Positions 1-7,276 of a DNA stretch of 64,000 bases are shown here, in pieces (positions within the stretch are counted from its first letter, which is position 1; each line of letters starts with the position of its first letter). The notes below the pieces were generated by a model that had not been told where the DNA came from, made no database searches, and saw nothing but the letters and a program-made list of their open reading frames with translations. Made by a program: the position numbers and the translations under genes. Source of the DNA: an uncultured Candidatus Saccharibacteria bacterium (lineage in GTDB: Bacteria > Patescibacteriota > Minisyncoccia > Phycocordibacterales > SW-6-46-9); contig CAZHOI010000001.1 in NCBI GenBank assembly GCA_964534365.1, forward strand, positions 188,171 to 252,170, written 5' to 3'.

Positions 1-763
1 CTTTTAAGATATGTTGTAATTCTGAACCCATCCAATCAATTCCGGGTACTCCTAAATTCTCTCCCCCATGAACAATGGTCACCTGGGAATGTTTGGTAAC
101 ATTAGGATAGCGACTAGATAGCGGACCGTTAATCATATCTGCTAATTCGGCAGCAACCTCAACCCCCGTTGCACCGCCGCCCACGATAATGAAATGTAGT
201 AGTTTTTTCAGTTCATCAAATTCAGTGGCAAGCTCGGCGTCTTCAAACGATTGAAGGATCCGATTTTTAATTTGTTTGACATCATCCAGGGTTTTAACCG
301 GCAGCGCGAATTCTGCTGCTCCATTCACGCCAAAATAAAATGTTTTGGATCCCAGCGAAGATACAATGTAATCATATTGTCGCACTACATCTTCCTCAAC
401 CGCGTTTGAACTGACGACATCCAGCAATTTCATTTTCACCTCGCCAGCGGTGGCATCAATTGATTGAACGGTGGCCTGAATGTAGTTATCGTAAACTGTA
501 GTGGGCAGCGATCGAACCGGCTGCACCACGTCATCAGGTAATAAATTACCAGTTGCAATTTCATGCGCCATCGTCACTAACCAAAAATAATCAGTTTTGG
601 AGATCATTTCGACATGAAATTTGATATCTTTAGGTAGCTTGCGACGCAGTTTACGCAATTCTAGCGCCGCGTGCATTGCCCCAAATCCAGAACCTAAAAT
701 AGCAATTTTGACCACCTTTTCTTCAGATCTATTATTAAAAGTTAGAGTTTTTATTTCTGACAT
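1..763 (-). CDS. ndh: Type II NADH dehydrogenase (NDH-2) / FAD-dependent pyridine nucleotide-disulfide oxidoreductase; C-terminus cut by window edge
   Basis: Minus-strand translation from ATG at 763 gives MSEIKTLTF...IAILGSGFGAM (GxGxxG FAD fold) and later IIVGGGATGVEVAAELAD (second Rossmann motif); ORF runs off the window start. Confidence 0.8.
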   Translation of the reverse strand, partial: MSEIKTLTFNNRSEEKVVKIAILGSGFGAMHAALELRKLRRKLPKDIKFHVEMISKTDYFWLVTMAHEIATGNLLPDDVVQPVRSLPTTVYDNYIQATVQSIDATAGEVKMKLLDVVSSNAVEEDVVRQYDYIVSSLGSKTFYFGVNGAAEFALPVKTLDDVKQIKNRILQSFEDAELATEFDELKKLLHFIIVGGGATGVEVAAELADMINGPLSSRYPNVTKHSQVTIVHGGENLGVPGIDWMGSELQHILK

Positions 764-853
764 TATTAATTCCAAGTCTAGCAGACAATCATCACGGTGA
801 ATACGTTTTGCCAACTTGAATATATTTTGTTGGCAAGTATGATGATGTAGTTC

Positions 854-891
854 GCTGCCTTAGCTCAGTTGGTAGAGCGCATCCATGGTAA
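854..891 (+). pseudogene. 5' half of a disrupted host tRNA-Thr(GGT) gene (acceptor 5' strand, D-arm, anticodon 5' stem, anticodon loop ATGGTAA)
   Basis: GCTGCCTTAGCTCAGTTGGTAGAGCGCATCCATGGTAA has a canonical tRNA 5' half; it pairs perfectly with the 3' half at 7178-7222. Confidence 0.7.
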
Positions 892-1003
892 TAAGTAGAT
901 AGTACTTAAAAACTAAGGATACGGCTTAAACCAAAGCTATTAGTAAGGTTGCAAGAGAGACATCGGCCTACTCTTGTGTAAAACAGGTCGGCGGATATCA
1001 TTC

Positions 1004-1076
1004 GCTGCTTTAGCTCAGTTGGTAGAGCGCGTCCATGGTAAGGACGAGGTCAACAGTTCAATTCTGTTAAGCAGCT
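1004..1076 (+). tRNA. tRNA-Thr (anticodon GGT), intact element-borne copy
   Basis: Cloverleaf: acceptor GCTGCTT/AAGCAGC, D-arm GCTC-AGTTGGTA-GAGC, anticodon stem CGTCC/GGACG, loop ATGGTAA, T-arm AACAG-TTCAATT-CTGTT; no CCA encoded. Confidence 0.85.
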
Positions 1077-1114
1077 CAACTAAAAATCACAGGCTTGTAG
1101 GTAAACAACAAGCA

Positions 1115-2005
1115 ATGACAAACATACAAACACTGGCACGCCAGTTCTACGATTACTCTACGTTTATACGTGGGTACTCACCAATAACAATAAAGCGTTA
1201 TCGGCAAGTGATTAACTTTTATTGCAAGCACTTTGACATTATAAATATCGAAGACGTAACAGAGAAAAACGTTAAGCAACTATTCGTGTTCGGTAGGTCT
1301 GAACGTAGTTGGTCAGCTAATAGCTACATTATCTATCAAAAGTCACTACTAGTGTTTTTTAGATGGTGTGTAACTAATGGTTACATGGCAACTAACTTTG
1401 CTGAACAAATCGAACTACCAAAATTAAGTAAACGGTTACCACCCAAGCTCACAAAACAGTCTGCTCAACAATTGCTACTTGTTATACAAAATTATCCTTA
1501 TGACTATCCATATCTGCGATATCGTAATCATGCAATCTTCGCTACCTTTCTATTTGCTGGGCTACGTAAGAGCGAGTTATTAAATCTTAAACTTAGTGAC
1601 GTAGACTTAGAAAATATGACGATTATGGTACGCCAAGGCAAGGGCTCTAAAGACCGTATCATTCCAATAAATTACACATTAATGCAGATACTTGAAGAAT
1701 ACTTGGTACATCGTAAGAGATTACGCAAAACATGTCCTGAATTCTTCACTTCGCTTAATAGAAATTTAGGTTTAACTGCTAGTGGACTTAAGTGGGTTGT
1801 TAAAACAGTTAGAAAGGCTACTAAAATACAGTTTACAATCCATAAGTTGCGACATACGTTTGCAACATTAATGTTAGAGGGCGGTTGCGACATCTACTCC
1901 TTGTCCAAAATGATGGGTCATAGCGACATAAAAACAACAACTATATATCTAGCGGCAAGTGCTGAGCACTTGAGGTCGCAGGTTACAAAGCACCCACTAT
2001 CATAA
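1115..2005 (+). CDS. Tyrosine recombinase/integrase (phage integrase family)
   Basis: C-terminal catalytic motifs GLRKSEL (Arg), HKLRHTFAT (H-x-x-R) and GHSDIKTTTIYL (His/Tyr); the ATG at 1115 is downstream of the tRNA, and the ORF-track start at 974 overlaps the tRNA. Confidence 0.85.
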   Translation: MTNIQTLARQFYDYSTFIRGYSPITIKRYRQVINFYCKHFDIINIEDVTEKNVKQLFVFGRSERSWSANSYIIYQKSLLVFFRWCVTNGYMATNFAEQIELPKLSKRLPPKLTKQSAQQLLLVIQNYPYDYPYLRYRNHAIFATFLFAGLRKSELLNLKLSDVDLENMTIMVRQGKGSKDRIIPINYTLMQILEEYLVHRKRLRKTCPEFFTSLNRNLGLTASGLKWVVKTVRKATKIQFTIHKLRHTFATLMLEGGCDIYSLSKMMGHSDIKTTTIYLAASAEHLRSQVTKHPLS

Positions 2006-2049
2006 AAAAGTCACTTATAATAAGATATAATTTCTTAAAGATACTTATT

Positions 2050-3153
2050 ATGAGTAAGATAACTCAGATAAATAAAGAAAACTTCAAGATAGCACGTAAA
2101 AATGCTGGTTTTTCTACTGTCGAAGCATCAAAAAAAGTTACGACATCAAAAAAAAATCTGGTTGAAGAATGGGAAAAAGGTGGCTCTACCCCAACTTGGA
2201 AGCAAGCCGAGACATTGTCGCGTATTTATAACGTTCCATTAGTATTAATGATGTCTAATAAAAGTTTATCTGTACAAAGAGAAATTCCAGACTTCAGAAG
2301 TAATATTAAAGAAATGAGTCTGCCTTTAAAGAGATATATCAACGATTTACTAAAGACTCAAAAGTGGTTAGAGAATAAAATCCAACAAGCAGACGGTTTA
2401 CAAAATTCAATTCAAGGTATTGCTTCAGCAACAGACTCTGTAGATGAATTAAGTAAAATTATTGCTGATAAACTGCAACTAGAGCTCGAATATTTTTACA
2501 GTATTGGCAGTGCGAAGAATAAATTACTTTATTTGATTGAGCGACTCGAAGATAAAGATGTATTTGTCGGCAAAACTTTTGCTCATTATGATATTCCTGT
2601 TAAAGAAATGAGAGGTATGTTTATTTCCAATAAGTATGCACCTATGATTATATTGAATAGAAAAGATGCATACACTGCGCAGTTGTTTACACTCGTCCAT
2701 GAAATCACGCATCTTTTCCGAAATACAGAAGGTGTTTCAAATATAGAACTTGCTAGGAAAGAAACTTTAAAAGAAGAGCGCTTATGTAACGAAGTTGCCG
2801 CCAAGATACTAATGCCAGAAAGTTTTTTGCCGAAAAGTAAGGTTGACTTAAATCAGTTAAAACAGTTAGCAAATAAATTGACCGTCAGTCCAATAGCAAT
2901 GTTTTATAGACTAAAAAACTCAAATAGAATTGCAGGTGAAGTAGATAAGGTGTTGGAAAAAGTAAAGCTTGAGACAAAGCAAAACCTAGAAGCAAAAGAA
3001 GCCAAGGGTTCTACAGGCGGTAACTACTATAACAATACTAAAGACTCTAATGGCACATTGCTAAACAGGTTCGTATCCTCGCTTTACTTTAATCAAGAGA
3101 TTAATTTCGTCGAAGCCTCGAATATTTTAAGACTAGCTGTAAATAAAGTATGA
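2050..3153 (+). CDS. Fusion protein: N-terminal XRE-type HTH DNA-binding domain plus C-terminal ImmA/IrrE (M78, COG2856) zinc metallopeptidase domain
   Basis: N-terminus KENFKIARKNAGFSTVEASKKV is HTH_XRE-like; HEXXH motif in FTLVHEITHLF; sits next to the integrase as ImmR/ImmA do in ICEBs1. Confidence 0.8.
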   Translation: MSKITQINKENFKIARKNAGFSTVEASKKVTTSKKNLVEEWEKGGSTPTWKQAETLSRIYNVPLVLMMSNKSLSVQREIPDFRSNIKEMSLPLKRYINDLLKTQKWLENKIQQADGLQNSIQGIASATDSVDELSKIIADKLQLELEYFYSIGSAKNKLLYLIERLEDKDVFVGKTFAHYDIPVKEMRGMFISNKYAPMIILNRKDAYTAQLFTLVHEITHLFRNTEGVSNIELARKETLKEERLCNEVAAKILMPESFLPKSKVDLNQLKQLANKLTVSPIAMFYRLKNSNRIAGEVDKVLEKVKLETKQNLEAKEAKGSTGGNYYNNTKDSNGTLLNRFVSSLYFNQEINFVEASNILRLAVNKV

Positions 3154-3647
3154 ATACCGAACAAAAAGGTTTTAAGTACGTCATAGACACTAATTACTTA
3201 ATAGGTTTTTCAATATGGCTACCAGTGACTTATAATGAAAATTTTTGGAATAATCTTGAAATTTTGGTAGAGAGTGGAAAAGTACTAATTTTAGACGTAG
3301 TAGCTAATGAGGTTACACGTAAAGGTGACCTAAAAACATGGTGCAAGAAGTTAAAACAAAAAAATCTTTTAACTTCAATTGAAAACACCGACAGAAATAG
3401 AGCTATTGAAATAAACAATCTTTACCCAATGATTGATGAAACCTCAGGAAATTCAGAGGTTGATACATACATAGTTGCTTTTTCTGAAAGGACTTCTCAC
3501 ACATTACTGAGTAGAGAGGCTCCAAGGAAATCAAGTAACGTTCCGTTCAAAATTCCAGATGTATGTAATAAATTAAATATCAACACAATACGGTGGCCTG
3601 AAGATTTTTATAGTATCTTCCCCGAGTTATTTAGTACGTGCAATTAG
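3150..3647 (+). CDS. DUF4411-family PIN-like predicted nuclease
   Basis: YVIDTNYLIGF...NFWNNLE...VLILDVVANEV...DLKTWCKK matches the DUF4411 pattern (IDTN...FW...V.eE...W); ATGA start/stop overlap with the upstream ImmA-fusion gene. Confidence 0.7.
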   Translation: MNTEQKGFKYVIDTNYLIGFSIWLPVTYNENFWNNLEILVESGKVLILDVVANEVTRKGDLKTWCKKLKQKNLLTSIENTDRNRAIEINNLYPMIDETSGNSEVDTYIVAFSERTSHTLLSREAPRKSSNVPFKIPDVCNKLNINTIRWPEDFYSIFPELFSTCN

Positions 3648-4150
3648 ATGCAAGCTTTAGCAATTTCACCATTTTGATAAACAAACAAATTTACTCGATT
3701 CCCACTTGGAATAGCTGACCTGGCACTATCTTTTAAAACTTGGCAATAACTATCAATGGCAACTTGGTTAGCTTGAGACATGACATAAGCTTCCACAATT
3801 ACACCATCATCGCCTTTCTTTACAATCACATTAGACCAACGACCTTCTGCCCAGCCGTCTAAATCTGCTTGTAGCTCATCGATATCAGCTTGAGTTATAG
3901 CAATAGTAGCAGGTGCAGTATTACTTACATTAGGCGGCAAATTAGTAGCTGATTGTGTGAGACTATCATCGCGAGAGTCGTTATTTGAAGCTAAGGTTAT
4001 TGATATAACAATCACTACAAAAATGAACCAAAGAATTGTTTTGATTGGATGTCTAGCAATATACGAGCGCTGACTTGAACCACAATTGGGACACTTAGTC
4101 GCTTTCTTGTTAATCTGCTCCTTACATTCTCTACATTCCTTAGTATCCAT
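3644..4150 (-). CDS. Zinc-ribbon membrane protein (N-terminal CxxC...CxxC, one TM helix, extracytoplasmic domain)
   Basis: MDTKECRECKEQINKKATKCPNCG followed by hydrophobic ILWFIFVVIVISITLA; convergent with the DUF4411 gene and sharing overlapping stop codons; the longer alternative start is at 4207. Confidence 0.5.
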   Translation of the reverse strand: MDTKECRECKEQINKKATKCPNCGSSQRSYIARHPIKTILWFIFVVIVISITLASNNDSRDDSLTQSATNLPPNVSNTAPATIAITQADIDELQADLDGWAEGRWSNVIVKKGDDGVIVEAYVMSQANQVAIDSYCQVLKDSARSAIPSGNRVNLFVYQNGEIAKACI

Positions 4151-4574
4151 AATTAAATTGTTAGTTAGTAACTGGTGTAAGGATTGTAGAAAGCACAAAA
4201 CCCGCAACCAGGTGAGCCGAAGCTCATACGACAGTTTCCCATCGCAACATTAGACACGCCCTGATTACGGGGTTTCTGTGTCTAATGATTTGCAACCATG
4301 CCGACTCTATCGAGGAGGGTTAGGTTGGTAGGTCTATTTTACACCAAAATTTGTCCACTATCCTTGGAACACACAAAAACTAGTTAGCAGGACATTAGCA
4401 GGATAAAGTCAATCTAGAGGACTATTTAAAAACACAAAACAGTAGAAGTAACAGAGAAAGTTTTTAATTTTATGTACCTATTCTTATATGGCAAAAATAA
4501 TAAATAATAGTAAAAAAACGGTAGGAAAACCATAAATACAGTTTTTAACTAAACTAACATGGTACATTTTACAT

Positions 4575-5240
4575 ATGAGTAAGAAACAGCCTTTGAGTAT
4601 TTACTTTGAGAAGCTAGTAGTGAAAAACCAATTTTTAGATGATTTGAAAGAGCTGAACAAATTTCATCAATCAAAACTCAGCCAATTTCAGTCAAATGAG
4701 TTACGGTCAATGTTTGCAGATATTGGTCGAGGTAGAGAATATTGGAGTAAAGTATTTATGATATGTTCTAAGTACGGATTAAATGTTAATCAATTCAAAA
4801 TCATAATATCTAAACTAGCCACTGAAAGTAATTATGATTACAAAGACGATTTAGCGCACATAAGCAACATTAAACTATTAGACTTACAATCTATAAAGAA
4901 AATAATAAAGAAAAAGTTCAATTACAGTAATGAAGCGACATATATTGAAAACGACTATCGGGCGTTTATCGGCCTAAGTAATAATACCACTAAAGCAGAG
5001 CTAATAGATTACATTGAAAAGAATTATCATTCTAAGATTAAACCTTTAATCAGTAATAAAAAAGTAAGCTTTAAAAATCTACAATTAGAAAGAAACAGTG
5101 AGTTAAAGAATTTTGTTTGGAAAAACCAAGATATGCCTCATAAGGAATTGGCTAAAAAAGTCAGTAAAAAGTTCAATAAGATTTGTACTCCTGGATATAT
5201 TTCAAAAATGCTTTCAAGATTAAGAAAACAACGTGATTGA
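4575..5240 (+). CDS. Hypothetical Lys-rich protein with C-terminal HTH-like segment
   Basis: 221-aa ORF; C-terminus HKELAKKVSKKFNKICTPGYISKMLSRLRK resembles an HTH; its stop overlaps the ATG of the downstream recombinase (ATGA). Confidence 0.55.
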   Translation: MSKKQPLSIYFEKLVVKNQFLDDLKELNKFHQSKLSQFQSNELRSMFADIGRGREYWSKVFMICSKYGLNVNQFKIIISKLATESNYDYKDDLAHISNIKLLDLQSIKKIIKKKFNYSNEATYIENDYRAFIGLSNNTTKAELIDYIEKNYHSKIKPLISNKKVSFKNLQLERNSELKNFVWKNQDMPHKELAKKVSKKFNKICTPGYISKMLSRLRKQRD

Positions 5241-6247
5241 AATATGACAAAATAAACTCCAAAAATTGTCAGTATTTCACACAATTTATTTCATATAGTT
5301 GTAGCTACCAACTTATGAAAGACAAAGACCTATATAAATTATTCGATGAATATATAAAAGAATGTACCTATGTAGCTCGCATGCGACCAGCTACCTTAAC
5401 AGGATATAAACAGGTGTTTGATACATTTATGAAGATTATGCCTGAGGTAAAAAAGGTAGATGATTTAATACCTGAGCTAATTACAGAATTCTTTACGCGC
5501 ATGCAGACAAGGACTAGACATTTAAACAACGGTCAAACCCGTTCTGGAATGAAACAATCCTCTGTTGTTACTTATAGAAGCAAGCTACATTCGTTTTTCA
5601 AATGGTTAAACACTAAAAATATCTTAGAAACCAATCCTTTTGACATGTTACCTAAGCCTGAATGGCCAGTGCATGAAGACCAAAGAGCCTTAGATACAAA
5701 AGAAGTTAATCAAATATTGGGTGCGATTTTAAATAATGACAACGACTTTATAATTTGTAGAGATACAGCACTTTTCTATACTTTACTTTACACAGGTATT
5801 AGAAAAAACGAACTAATAAACTTGAGTCTCTCTGATATTGATTTATTAAACCTGAGTTTAAGGGTTAAAGCTGAAACTTCTAAATCCAAAAGAGAACGCA
5901 TAATACCGATTAATAAGGTTTTAGCTCATAAATTAACTACGTATCTAGCAATGCGCAACAAGTTTAGTATTAAATCTGAGAAACTCTGGGTCTCTCATCA
6001 ATCAAAACAAAAACTAACTTCACATGGTCTAAAACATATAGTGGCAAAGTATGTTCATCTATCAGGCGTTAAGTTTCACCTACATCGTTTTCGACATACG
6101 TTTGCGTGTCAGCTGCATTTGGCAGGTGCATCAATTACTGAGATACAGCGTTTATTGGGCCATAAGAAAGTAACAATGACTATGTTGTATCTAAGGTCGA
6201 TAGATACAAAAGATGCTACTTGTCATATTAACAAGCTAACTTATTAG
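5237..6247 (+). CDS. Tyrosine recombinase/integrase, second copy within the element
   Basis: GIRKNEL (Arg), HRFRHTFAC (H-x-x-R), GHKKVTMTMLYL (His/Tyr); alternative start ATG at 5315. Confidence 0.8.
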   Translation: MKYDKINSKNCQYFTQFISYSCSYQLMKDKDLYKLFDEYIKECTYVARMRPATLTGYKQVFDTFMKIMPEVKKVDDLIPELITEFFTRMQTRTRHLNNGQTRSGMKQSSVVTYRSKLHSFFKWLNTKNILETNPFDMLPKPEWPVHEDQRALDTKEVNQILGAILNNDNDFIICRDTALFYTLLYTGIRKNELINLSLSDIDLLNLSLRVKAETSKSKRERIIPINKVLAHKLTTYLAMRNKFSIKSEKLWVSHQSKQKLTSHGLKHIVAKYVHLSGVKFHLHRFRHTFACQLHLAGASITEIQRLLGHKKVTMTMLYLRSIDTKDATCHINKLTY

Positions 6248-6307
6248 CAGTAAAAAGCGTGCTCGCGTTCACTTTTCTACATAAGTCAATTAGTATATAG
6301 CCATAAT

Positions 6308-6988
6308 ATGGTTATGAGTGATATTAAAAAATTACTAATTGAAACAGTTAAAGAGAATGGAATTGATATAGCATCTGATACATTAAAAGTTGTTAGTACT
6401 GTTGCTAACATTTATGGCAAAGTAAAGCGAACTCGAATTAAGATGTTCCTTAATTGCATTATAAGCTTTGTGAATGAGTTAACAGCCGAAGATAAAGAGC
6501 TTTTCATAGAATATGTAAACAGTGATGAAGGTCGGCAATTACTAACTGACTTTATAGATAGCGCATTACGCGTCTCAAATACAATACCGATGAGCGCTTT
6601 AGCATTACTTTTTGCTGACTATAACAGTATGGAATATGGCTTAAATGCCAAATACCATGGAATACGTGTACTTCCGAAGATGAATAATAAGGACGCTATT
6701 TTGTACTCTAAACTTATATCCGGAAGTTCAATATATGAAAATGCTCTAACAGAAATTGATAGTGATGAAACAGTCCCTTATGACACATATATCACATCTC
6801 TTCCCGTAAACGTACAAACTAAGAAATTGTTTATAGATATCAAAAAATTACAAAGCGAAGGCATTATATTAGATGACCCATTCAACGCTAGGATGGCAGG
6901 TGAAGAACTAACAATTGTTTACGGTCTTTCCGATAAAATGTATAGATTAGGGCGGGTGATAAGTATAGCAATTGAGATTAGTAATTAA
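6308..6988 (+). CDS. Hypothetical protein, element cargo
   Basis: 226-aa ORF with coding-like composition and no recognisable motifs. Confidence 0.5.
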   Translation: MVMSDIKKLLIETVKENGIDIASDTLKVVSTVANIYGKVKRTRIKMFLNCIISFVNELTAEDKELFIEYVNSDEGRQLLTDFIDSALRVSNTIPMSALALLFADYNSMEYGLNAKYHGIRVLPKMNNKDAILYSKLISGSSIYENALTEIDSDETVPYDTYITSLPVNVQTKKLFIDIKKLQSEGIILDDPFNARMAGEELTIVYGLSDKMYRLGRVISIAIEISN

Positions 6989-7177
6989 TTATTGATGGCA
7001 ACTTCTGTTATAATGATAGTACTGGGTTACAGCATTAATCAGTAAAAAACTAATAGCCTGTGATTGAGGACATTGGTTGTTAAATAGGTAGTTACATCTG
7101 CTTAGTTAAAACAGCTGATTTGCTCACAAAACCCTTATTTATAGCTCCCTTTTGTCGGAAAGGCCTATGTCCACTTA

Positions 7178-7222
7178 ATGGTAAGGATGAGGTCGACAGT
7201 TCAATTCTGTCAGGCAGCTCCA
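7178..7222 (+). pseudogene. 3' half of the disrupted host tRNA-Thr(GGT), from the anticodon loop through CCA
   Basis: ATGGTAA-GGATG-AGGTC-GACAG-TTCAATT-CTGTC-AGGCAGC-T-CCA; GGATG pairs CATCC and AGGCAGC pairs GCTGCCT of the 854-891 half; the ORF 7120-7317 over this region is spurious. Confidence 0.7.
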
Positions 7223-7276
7223 CTAAATTACACCACAAATATTTAAACCCGTTGGGTGACTGTCACCCTTGTCTCA

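Larger units (their letters stand above)
892..7184. mobile_element. Integrative element (~6.3 kb) inserted in the anticodon loop of tRNA-Thr; carries its own tRNA-Thr, two tyrosine recombinases, a fused HTH-ImmA/IrrE peptidase, a DUF4411 nuclease and hypothetical cargo
   Basis: 7-bp direct repeat ATGGTAA at 885-891 and 7178-7184 flanked by the two halves of one tRNA; an integrase gene lies next to the left end. Confidence 0.7.

Noticed and set aside
974-1114. N-terminal extension of the integrase ORF (ORF-track start at 974)
   Set aside because: The extension runs through the tRNA-Thr gene; the true start is the ATG at 1115 after the tRNA.
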